Origin: Octopus sinensis
Lineage: Eukaryota
DNA: 41,351 nucleotides
Reading direction: 5' to 3'
Assembly (NCBI RefSeq): GCF_006345805.1
Contig: NW_021835555.1
Coordinates: 1 to 41,351 of the forward strand
Below the pieces are notes generated by a model that did not search any database, was not told the DNA's origin, and saw only the letters and a list, made by a program, of their open reading frames with translations. Shown in pieces: positions 11,558-22,849 of the stretch. Position 1 is the first letter of the stretch. Each line of letters opens with the position of its first letter. The position numbers were made by a program, and so were the translations under genes.

Positions 11558-14014
11558 CACATTCTTTATCTTATTCATACTGATAGGTTTAAAACCATTG
11601 TCAAAAGCAACAATTGAAAGAAGCCACATAATCTTTCAGTCAGAGAATGGTTTGTGTTCCGTTGACTCAAAATATTAAATTCAATACTTTCATATGTCGC
11701 ATGTGGCAGTGCTCCAGCATGACCCGACAACGTCGGTTAAAAACAAAGCAAAGAACCAATGAACATATCAAACCCCCGATCGATTTGTGTAGTTACTAGT
11801 TCGTTTATTTATTTATATAGTTATTCATTAACATCTTAATATTTCCTTTGTACTAGTTTGTGTTGAGATCAAAGGATTCTTAACATTTCGTTGTGTGAAA
11901 TAACACAAAAGAGAACTCGGTGGAACGATATTATTTGTAAAACAATTGCTTAAAATCTCCACCACAAAAGAGCGCATTGAGGTGATGCCAGCGAAGAAAG
12001 TGGAATACAAACAGGACGACATATTAAACAAATCTCTCGCTATTGAAACGATAATACCGTATCGAGAATTTCCATGAAGGATTTCTGTACACTTTCTACT
12101 GCGTGTTTATATGGCCTTGTAGCATTTTTCTTTTTTTACCCGGGCATTCACCTCTATTTAAATCTTATCCTCTCTTATAAGTCGTCCTTGTTCAAATAAC
12201 CAGGGTTAACAGCTATAATAAAACTGATATTTAAGAATAAAACGATAATTTTCAATCAAGGAAATTTTGTGTTCTGTTCAATTTTAAGATTAAATTGATA
12301 TTTTATGGTTAGTCTATCAAAGTAACGTATTTATTTATTTATTTATTTGTCCATTTATGTCTTTATGTTTTCTTTGTACTCGTTTGTTTCATGATGAAAG
12401 AAGTCTTAGAGTCAGGTTTTGAAAAATGATACAAAAGCGAACACATTGTAGAGCGACATTATCTACAAAACAATTGCATAAAGATCTCCACCACAAAAGA
12501 GCTTCTCGAAGCAGACGGCCATATACGAAGCAACAGCAGCCAATAATCTAGAATGTTCGGGATAAAATTTAGATAAAACTCAAATGAAATCTATGAAGCA
12601 ATGAAACTATCATAAACTAAGATTATTCCGTGTAATGTCGATGTCATCTTGAAGATATGTTAATTAAAAATATCTCGTATATATTTTTTCTTTTTTCTCT
12701 ATTGCCGCCTTTTTTTAAAAATTGCGATTGAAGTGTATTGCAGTGAGTTTATTAAGCTGTCATTTATCGCTAATTAAAATGATATAAATCGAAAGATTTT
12801 TATAATTAGCGTTCTTTGTCTTGCCAATGAAGTATCGTTTGATTATAGCCTTTACAAAGGCCGTTTAGCTAAAACAATTCTAAATTACCAGAGCTCTGTG
12901 AAAATCTATGAGCTATCCATTTATCAATATTATTTCAATAATAATTCAATATAAAACAACACTATCAAATCATTCAGTGAAGCACACATCATCAAATATA
13001 CACATATCACACTTCACACATTACATACACATCGTTAAACACAACCACACACAACACACTCACTCTTATAGACACATATGCAGACATACATGAGTGCGAG
13101 TACATAGATATGTATGCGTATAGAAACATGTTCACAAATACACAGCCACATCACTACACTTACATACATACGTACGTACGTACGTAAGTACGTATGTACG
13201 TACATACATTCTACATTCTACATCGTACGTACTTCTGCAGTCTTTCGCACAGACATAGAAAGATAGGCGTACACATCACGCAAGACTAAGTAAATGAAAA
13301 GGAGAAAGAGAAAAGAGAAGGAAAGATAGATGAAGAGGGGGGAAAGCGAAAGAAACAGAGTAGAAAGTTAAATTGCAATAATGAAAGAAAGAACGAAAGA
13401 ATGAAAGAATGGAAGAATGGAAGAATGGAAGAATGGCAGAATGGAAAATATAGAGAAACTATGAAAGCGAGAGATATAAATAGTTGCAACGTAATGACTT
13501 GCAGAGCTGGAAGAAAAGATCGGGAAAAAGAAAGCCAGTATGATAATAATATGCATGGGTTTCTTGGTCTATGGAAGTTTTATTATTAATGTTATACTGT
13601 ACATTGATTACGTGATTATGCTTCTCGGGGATTCTAATTCTGATTAGGGTGATACTTATTTAAGGGGTTTCCTGCTGAGGGAGGCGTTGCCAGGTATGTA
13701 GTTATTTGCTGTGTGTGCTGTTGTTGTTGTTGTTGGTGTGTACGACTGCTACTTGGTGAATCTCAAGAGATCCATGTATAAGACTTATCAGCATCCAGTC
13801 CAGTCCGGGTTCTGGTAAGAAGTGTTCGTTCGTGGGTGGTGACTGCTCCTACTTCGTGGTGGTGTTACTGGTTATTAAGGTGTACAGAGGGGGTGGGGGA
13901 ATAAAGGTGGAGGGGGGGGGGCAGACAGCATCGTAAACGCAAAAACGGAGTGAAATCTGCTCAGAGAACAAATGACACGAACTGCATTTTGTACTTTTCA
14001 TACGTTTTCTCATA

Positions 14015-14038
14015 AATACATATACATGTGTATGTATG

Positions 14039-14069
<31 letters not shown>

Positions 14070-14070
14070 C

Positions 14071-14101
<31 letters not shown>

Positions 14102-14220
14102 TTACGTATATATATATACATATATATATATAGATATATATATATATATATATAATACACATACGTATGTGTAAATATATATAAATATATATATATAGAT
14201 ATGTAAATATATATATAAGC

Positions 14221-14252
<32 letters not shown>

Positions 14253-14290
14253 CATACATACATACTACATGCATATAATATATATATAAT
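14015..14290. repeat. (TATG)n/(TA)n microsatellite
   Basis: Direct inspection. Confidence 0.9.
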
Positions 14291-14442
14291 TTGGAAAAAA
14301 ATGTATAGAAATGACTTTTCTGATAATTTTTACACTTTAATATTAGACGTTTGTAAATTTACAAAAGGTGACTGATTATAAACATCTAATTATTAAAGTG
14401 GAAAAATTATCAGAAAAACCATTTCTATTCATTTTTTTCTAA
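14291..14442. repeat. Foldback palindrome, probable MITE (about 66-bp arms, 19-nt loop)
   Basis: 14291-14356 is the reverse complement of 14376-14442 with about 7 mismatches and 1 indel; flanked by (TA)n. Confidence 0.85.
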
Positions 14443-14499
14443 TATATATAATACTGTACCAAGGACTTTCTATTTCTTATTCTACTATATATATGTATG

Positions 14500-14549
<50 letters not shown>

Positions 14550-14604
14550 CGTGTGTGTGCGTGTGTGTATACATACACACTCACATATATATATGTATAT
14601 ATAT

Positions 14605-14812
14605 TCTTTTACTTGTTTCAGTCAGTTTGACTGCAGCCATGCTGGAGTGCAGCCTTTTAGTCGAGCAAATCGACCCCAGGACTTATTCTTTGTAAGCCTA
14701 GTATTTATTCTATCGGTCTCTTTTGCCGAACCACTAAGTTATGGGGACGCAAACACACCAGCATCGGCTGTCAAGCGATGTTGGGGAGGGGGACAAGCAC
14801 AGACACAAACAT
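14605..14812 (-). mobile_element. SINE family C tail
   Basis: TCTTTTACTTGTTTCAGTCAGTTTGACTGCAGCCATGCTGGAG...GACCCCAGGACTTATTC...GCCGAACCACTAAGTTA. Confidence 0.85.
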
Positions 14813-15159
14813 ATATATATATTTATATTTATATTTTTACTGTCAATAGCATTCTTGTTTAAGAATAAGAATGTTGTACTCTACCAAATGTATCGAGTAA
14901 TCCATCAGTTTAATGTAAAATTATTTTTATTATAACTGAACATAACAAACAGTAATGTGTGTGCGTGTGTTTTTGTGCACGTGTGTGTGTTTGTAGTTGT
15001 GTGTGTGTGTATGTGTGTGATTCTGTATATCTTACTTAATGTGGATATACCAGATAAAGCCACACAACTTCAGTTTTACTCTTGCGGCAACAACTTCCAT
15101 AAACATTATTTTGACCCCATACTGCTTCCATCTAATATGAAATAAATAAGTATACATAC

Positions 15160-15325
15160 GTATATACACACATACATACATACATGCATACATATGTATA
15201 TGTATGTATGCATGTATGTGTGTACGCACGTACGTACGTATGTATGTATGTATGTATGTATGTATGTATGTATGTATGTATGTATGTATGTATCTATCTA
15301 TCTATCTATCTATTTATTTATGTAT
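15160..15325. repeat. (CATA)n/(TATG)n microsatellite
   Basis: Direct inspection. Confidence 0.9.
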
Positions 15326-15344
15326 GTCATTGTTCAGTTGAAAA

Positions 15345-15491
15345 TCTAAAATTATGTACATACCTATCGGCCGCAGAAACCCGCGATATCCTAAGGAGTC
15401 CGCGGTATAAATTTACATATATTAGCCAGAAAAATCCGCGATGTACTGAGGGCGCGATTGGTGAACCGTGATATGGTGAGTGACGACTGTA
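15345..15491 (+). mobile_element. Right-end fragment of the Tigger/pogo-like MITE
   Basis: Colinear with about 38595-38734 (CCGCAGAAACCCGCGATAT...AAAAATCCGCGATGTACTGAG...GATATGGTGAG...ACTGTA). Confidence 0.8.
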
Positions 15492-15589
15492 GTATCCTGG
15501 TCGTGTTTGGAAAAGCTTTATTTTTTATAACAATAAGTCATTACCCGTCATTATAACATGTACATTCCGTTCTACAAAGACAAATACAC

Positions 15590-15919
15590 ACACACACTTT
15601 TACACACACTGTGTACATATGTATACATGTGTGTGTGTATCATATGTATATGTATATAGATAGAGAGAGAGAGAGAGGGGGGATCCTAACACAGATGTTT
15701 GTGTGTACGTATATATACACACATACATTCATGATTACATACATACACACACGCACATTTATATATGTGTATGTGTATATATATGGGTGTGTTTATATGT
15801 CTGTCTGTCTGTATGTATGTATGTCTGTCTGTCTGTATGTATGTATGTATGTATGTATGTATGTATCTATCTATCTATCTATCTATCTATATCTATATCT
15901 ATCTATCTATCTATCTATC

Positions 15920-15991
<72 letters not shown>

Positions 15992-16036
15992 ATATATATA
16001 TATATATATATATGTGTATATATATATATATATATA
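15590..16036. repeat. Compound microsatellite block
   Basis: Direct inspection. Confidence 0.9.
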
Positions 16037-16231
16037 ACATTTGTTTTTAATACCGATGTACAAAACCAAAAATTGCTCCCTAAATCTGCTTTTCTCGCTG
16101 TTCAATGAAACATAATCACACATCTATTCTCGATGTTTTCCACGCCAACGTAGTCTGTATTGCAGATCAATACATATGTCTTCATCGATTCAATGACGAG
16201 TCGATTGATTGATTTTTTTTTTCTTTTTTGT

Positions 16232-16662
16232 TTTTACTTGTTTCGGTCATTGGACTAAGCCCATGTTGGGGCACTGCCTCCACGTACAACAAATAGAACT
16301 CCTTCCCAATACTTATTCTTTTAAGTATGGGACTTATTCTATCGGTGTTTTTGTCGAACTGCTAAGTTGTGCACAAGTAAAGAACGTGAGGTTGTCAAGA
16401 AGTGTGGGGAGAAACAGAAAAGCCTCACCCACGCGCGCGCACACACACAAAGACGCATACACCCACAAGCATTCACACACATATATGTATGTACAGTGGG
16501 CTTCGACACAGTATCTGTCAGACCAGATTCACTCACAAGGCTTTGGTCGGCTCTGGGGCTATAGTAAAAGACACTTGTCCAAGGTGCCGCGCAACGGAAT
16601 TGAACTCGCAACCGCGAGGTTGCAAAGCAAGCTTCTCTAATCACACAAACACCTCTGCGCCT
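16232..16662 (-). mobile_element. SINE family C (full length)
   Basis: Head GAGTTCAATTCC...GGCACCTTGGACAAGTGTCTTTTACTATAGCCCC at 16490-16662, internal (TG)n, tail at 16232-16410. Confidence 0.8.
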
Positions 16663-18393
16663 GGATTCCTCTTCGCACATTCTTCCCATCCTTTGCGTGG
16701 AGTCGTATCATTTTGCCTCCTTTGCCCCTTTTTTCTATTGTCCTTGAGAATTTACTTCCTCTGTTCGCCCTTTATGTTGTCCCTATCGTCGCAAAACGAC
16801 GGAGTGGATTACTTGTTATGGCTGGTAGAACGGATCCCTGGTTTTCGACTCCTGATAGAGAGAACGAATATATACCTTCGTTCTTTTCTTATCCTTAGCT
16901 CCGCAAACCCTGTTGCGACCGGTGGCACTTCGGAAATGACAGGTTTTGCTGCTTGCTATTGTTTTTACTGCCTGTGCTCTTACTCCGTTTCCTCTCTTTC
17001 TCTGCTTTTCCATCTCCTCTCAGCATAAAGCCCTCAAATGGCTCTTACTGTCACACAAAACAGCAGTAGTAGGGCTCTCTGCCTTGTGTCCTTAGTTTTA
17101 TTGGTTTTTATTTTCTGAATTCATAATATGGTAAGCTTCAGATATAACTTTGTGATCTTCAAGCAGTCGTTAGAACTTGCACGTCTAAATACCCCCATTC
17201 ATTCAACTATTCCACATTTCATTTCTGCTCACTTCAGTGATCACCGTCTGCCCGTATTGTGTCACGAAGGCAGCAACAAACCATGGCTAAACGTTCCTAA
17301 AATCGTTCTTCATCGTGAAATTCATGACTCGTCGTTGTCCCACTTTATAGTCTGTTATGTAAACATAGAAACACTGTCCGTCTTCTTGCTTCGCACTCAG
17401 TTGAAAGACCAGATACACACACTCATACCACTAGAACAAAACATCAGGTTTTCTCCGATTGCAAACGTTCTTCCGCGTTTGCGAAGCAGAGACATATCAC
17501 CTTCCTTCTTGAGTTCTTTCGTTAAATACTTCAGGCAAAAAATACTGTCCCCTGGGTTTCCTTTTGGAGAGTATCAGTACTTACCATTTTTCAAGAGGAA
17601 TAAAAATAAACGATGGCTCTTACATGCCAGCATAAACATAGCAGTAATCTCCATTCTTAAAAAGAAAATACATTTAACAGGCTGGCGGTTGGCATTGTCG
17701 GACACGGCAGCTGAGCAATGTTTAATGCTTCCCTCTGGTTAGGAACGCTGGCAAAAAAATGTTGTTGTTGTCTTAATGTTTTGTTTGTATTGGGTAAATT
17801 GTGTTTTCTCGAAGTTTCTAATTTTTTTTTTCTTTTACGATGAAAACATTCAATTCTCGCCGGTAAAATTAAAACTTCTAAAATGGATGACAAAACCTCA
17901 AAGAGTTGCTTTGTTATACTAGAATGCCTGTCATGTTTACAGATGTGGGCCCGAACCCCACGGACAGCTTTCGATTTTTTTTGTACCATTGTTTTCTTTT
18001 AAATCCCTAATTTGCACGCTATTCTTTGTAGCTTTCTCTCCTTCGAGATTCACTGTTGGAAACGATTTATTTTAAAATTTCGTTAATGCTTTAATTTGAC
18101 AAACTGCTTGTGCCAGCCTATAAAACTGAGTCTCAGTTATTTTCTGCTCGTTTGTGCTCTGGTGTTATGTTCGTTTTTATTAGGGTTGTGGGTGGTGTTC
18201 CTTGCTCCTGTGGAACGTGAGATCATACTGAAATAAATGTAAACGTAAGCGATAAAAATATTTGTCAAGCAACGAAAGACATTTCTGTCCAGCCTAGCTC
18301 TTGCGATAAACGTCGACACGTCCAAAAGTTCCCCTGTTGGAAAATGATTTTACATATATATATATATAGTATATATATATGTGTGTGTGTGTG

Positions 18394-18430
<37 letters not shown>

Positions 18431-18675
18431 GTGTGTGTGTGGTGTGTGTGTGGATCAAAACAGTTTCATTCAAATTCGTTGTTGGTACTCTTGAGTTTCA
18501 AGCGTGATGCTAGTCGTCAGCCAATTATTTGCTGAACCGCTAAGTTAAGTTACTGGAAGATAAACACACCAACACCGATTGTCAAGTGGTGGTCACACAC
18601 ACACGCACGCACACAACACACACACACACACACACACACACCACACACACACCACACACACATATATATATATAT

Positions 18676-19051
18676 AGGCGTAGCTGTTTGGTACGAAGCT
18701 TGTTTCACAGCTACGTAGTTCCGTGTTCAGTCCCACTGCGTGACACCTTGGGTGAATGTGTCTTCTACTGCAGTCTCCGGGCGTGGATTTGGTATACGGA
18801 AATTAGAAGAAACCCGCAGTGTATATATACATGTGAGTGTGTGTGTATGCGTGTGAGACCACTGCTTGACAACCAGTGTTGGGATGTTTACGTTCCCGTA
18901 ACTTAACTTAGGGGTCCAGCAAAGAGACCAATAGAAATAATTACAAAGCTTAAAAAGAATATGTCGCGGTTCACTTTTTTCGACTAAAGCCCTTTAAGGC
19001 GATGCCCCAGCGTGGACAGAGTCTTATGACTGAAACAAGTAAAAGATAAAA
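18676..19051 (+). mobile_element. SINE family C (full length)
   Basis: Head GTGTTCAGTCCCACTGCGTGACACCTTGGG, tail GCTTGACAACCAGTGTTGG...GGCGATGCCCCAGCGTGG...GACTGAAACAAGTAAAAG. Confidence 0.8.
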
Positions 19052-19057
19052 CAAATG

Positions 19058-19088
<31 letters not shown>

Positions 19089-19392
19089 TATATATATATA
19101 TATATTATAAAATTTATGATAAATGAAGAATGGAGTTGAACGACAATTAACAAATTTCCTTTTTTCCGACATAATGTTCGAAGGCTGCATATTCCCCTAT
19201 TGTGAAGGAATAAGAGTACATTATGCCGCTTTCTCATCAGGAAAAACAAGAATTAATGTCACATAAGATTCACAAAACTTTTAGATGACTGCTCTCACGG
19301 AGCGCATAGCGTGTTATTTCTGATGTGAATTGGCTACCCAGGGTATCGGTTAAACGAATTATCCATAAAAGATAATTTCATTTTATACTATA

Positions 19393-19435
<43 letters not shown>

Positions 19436-19596
19436 ATATATATTTTCCACTTTCCCGAGCGTCAAACTAACACACCTAATTGTTTTGTTCATGTACACCT
19501 GTTTTTGTCTTTTGTTTTTCTGTAAATTTCAACACTACATACATACATACATACATACATACATACATCATACAATACATACATACATACATACAT

Positions 19597-19792
19597 ATGG
19601 CCATGATGCTCCCCTACTACTTCTACTCATCATCAGAGACGCACATATCGTCAGCCACTAAGGGACATGCTCAACTGGTTAAGGTCAAACAAGTGACAAG
19701 CAAAATTGTGGACAAATATCCGTCAAGTGTAAATAATGTAAATAATGTGCTTCTAGAATATTTGATTGACGGGTTGTGAAGTTTACCGAAAG
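19597..19792. repeat. Left arm of a 196-bp inverted duplication (partner 20222-20421)
   Basis: Reverse complement of 20222-20421 with only a few differences. Confidence 0.92.
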
Positions 19793-19794
19793 TT

Positions 19795-20205
19795 TACATA
19801 CATATGTATGTACATACATATGTATGTACATACATACGTATGTATGTATGTACGTATGTATGTATGTATGTATGTATGTATGTATGTATGTACATACATA
19901 CGTATGTATGTATGTACGTACATACGTACGTATGTATGTACGTACATACGTACGTATGTATGTATGTACGTACATACGTATGTATGTATGTATGTATGTA
20001 TGTATGTATGTACGTACATACGTATGTATGTATGTATGTATGTACGTACATACGTATGTATGTATATATGTACGTACATACGTATGTATGTATGTATGTA
20101 TGTATGTATGTATGTACGTACATACGTACGTATGTACGTATATATATATATATATATATATATTAATATATATATATATATATATATTATATATCTATAT
20201 ATATA
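19795..20205. repeat. (TATG/TACG)n and (TA)n microsatellite with repeated 14-bp palindrome TATGTACGTACATA
   Basis: Direct inspection. Confidence 0.9.
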
Positions 20206-20307
20206 TAGAAAGGAAGTGTTTCTTTCGGTAAACTTCACAACCCGTCAATCAAATATTCTAGAAGCACATTATTTACATTATTTACACTTGACGGATATTT
20301 GTCCACA

Positions 20308-20735
20308 AAATTTGCTTGTCGCTTGTTTGACCTTAACCAGTTGAGCATGTCCCTTAGTGGCCGACGATATGTGCATCTCTGATGATGAGTAGAAGTAGTG
20401 GGGGGGGGGCATCAATGCCATGTGTTGATAGGAAATTCTTTGGGGTTTGGATAATTCACCTTTGGAAACATGGGTGTTTCGTTCAACATCCTTACACTAT
20501 CCTTATTTAGGGTCCTTTTGAGCGTGATGAGCTACTCGACCTGAAGGAAGTTCTAACTGGGCTGTTTATGTTGATATGAGATCACCATTTCGCGCACATA
20601 TGGTCGTGATGCATGTGCCTGGTGTACCCTTACAGACGGGTAGTCATGACGGGTATACCGGGCTTCGTATGTTTTTACCCAAGTGTCACTTTGATAGCAT
20701 GCACTGCTCTCTCACTCAATAATGATAATAATAAC
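20308..20735 (+). mobile_element. 3' end / non-autonomous derivative of a non-LTR element ending in CTCTCTCACTC(AAT)n
   Basis: Homologous to 27397-27945 (opposite strand); both end in an (AAT)n tail. An R4/Dong affiliation is inferred only from the tail. Confidence 0.7.
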
Positions 20736-21135
20736 GATGATGGTGATGATGATGATGGTGATGATGATGGTGGTGATGATGATGATGGTGGTGATGATGA
20801 TGGTGGTGATGATGATGGTGGTGATGATGATAGTGGTGATGGTGATGGTGATGATGATGATGGTCATGATGATGATGGTCATGATGATGATGATGGTGAT
20901 GATGATGATGGTGATGGTGGTAGTGATGATGATGGTGATGGTGGTGATGATGATGGTGATGGTGGTGGTGGTGATGATGGTGATGGTAGTGATCATGATG
21001 GTGATGATGATGGTGATGATGATGATGGTGATGGTGGTGGTGGTGGTGATGATGATGGTGATGTTGGTGATGATGATGGTGATGGTGGTGGTGGTGGTGA
21101 TGGTGATGGTGATGGTGGTGATGGTGACGAACGAC
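20736..21135. repeat. (GAT/GGT)n trinucleotide expansion
   Basis: Direct inspection; source of the poly-D/G, poly-H, poly-M/V and poly-I/T ORFs. Confidence 0.95.
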
Positions 21136-21504
21136 GACGACGACAACGGCGATGGCGAAGAGGACTAAACGGAGTCGGTTTGAGAGACAGATTATCTTCC
21201 TCCCCGACTCATGGTCTACTGAAAGTGATATGCGATACACTTCGGTGTTAATGGCATGTAGGTATGATTGATAATTTATCTGATCGACCAATGGACTTGT
21301 TGTTGTGCAGTGAGATTCTATACCGGCTGTTATTAAACATCACTTCTCTTCTGCCATCCGTAACAGAATTCCTTTGGGAGGTTAACGTTAAACAAATAGA
21401 AATGTTGGACAGAAAGACAAAAAGAAAAAAATCATCACTGTACTTTCCATCTGTCCGCCATTACATTCTGTTTTTATTTATTTTTTTATCTGTGTGCATG
21501 TTGA

Positions 21505-21910
21505 GTGTGTGTGTGCGTGTGTGTGTGTGCGTGTGTGTGTGTGTGCGTGTGTGTGTGTGCGCGTGTGTGTGTGTGTGCGTGTGTGTGCGTGTGTGTGTGT
21601 GTGGTGCGTGTGTGTGTGTGTGCGCGTGCGTGTGTGTGTGCGTGTGTGTGTGTGTGCGTGTGGTGCGTGGCGTGTGTGTGTGGTGCGTGGTGGTGTGTTG
21701 TGCGTGTGTGTGTGTGTGTGTGTGTGCGTGTGTGTGTGTGGGGGTGTGCGTGCGTGTGTGTGTGCGTGTGTGTGTGTGTGTGTGCGGTGTGTGGTGTGCG
21801 TGTGTGTGTGTGCGTGCGTGTGTGTGCGTGTGTGTGTGTGTGCGTGCGTGTGGGTGTTGTTGGTGTTGTGTGAGTGGGGTGTGTGTGTTTGTGCGTGTGG
21901 TGTGTGTGTT
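21505..21910. repeat. Degenerate (TG)n/(CG) alternating purine-pyrimidine tract
   Basis: Direct inspection. Confidence 0.9.
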
Positions 21911-22009
21911 TCTATTCTTCCGCTCCACGTTCCGATGCACACCCTATTCATTTCTTCAATCGATCGTTCTTTCGTTCTCCCTTCATTCATTCTATACAAA
22001 CATACATTA

Positions 22010-22444
<435 letters not shown>

Positions 22445-22456
22445 ATAAAATAAATA

Positions 22457-22845
22457 TCTTTATTTATATAAAACTGAGAATGTGTGTGTGTGTGTCTGTC
22501 TGTCTGTCTGTTTCCCTAAAACTTGAGAACTACACAACCATTATCATTCAAATTTTACACATGCCTTACTTAGGGTCCATGTAGAGCCATGGGCAAAAAA
22601 AACCTTCTAACTTATTGCCTAGGACGAGCCTACAACAATATATCTTCTCCACTATTTCAGTATTACCTGTTAAAAGTGAAACAAAAACATCTCTCTATTG
22701 TAATGTCAGATACTTTCACTTTAATACTGAAACTATTAAAGTCAAACTATTATATAAGAGGGATGAACCATTAACAGTGGACATCCATTTTGCTAGAAGA
22801 AGATCCGCTATGGTCTTGTATGCTACACCACTGGTTTTCAATTCA
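22457..22845 (+). mobile_element. Probable non-autonomous Helitron-like element, 5' part
   Basis: A|TCTTTATTTATATAAAA start, internal (TG)n(TCTG)n, then GAACTACACAACC...TTCAAATTTTACAC, an architecture typical of DINE/HINE-like Helitrons. No 3' hairpin or CTRR end identified. Confidence 0.4.
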
Positions 22846-22849
22846 TATG

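Noticed and set aside
20613-21291. Poly-Asp/Gly, poly-His and poly-Met/Val ORFs
   Set aside because: This is a (GAT/GGT)n expansion following a retroelement tail.
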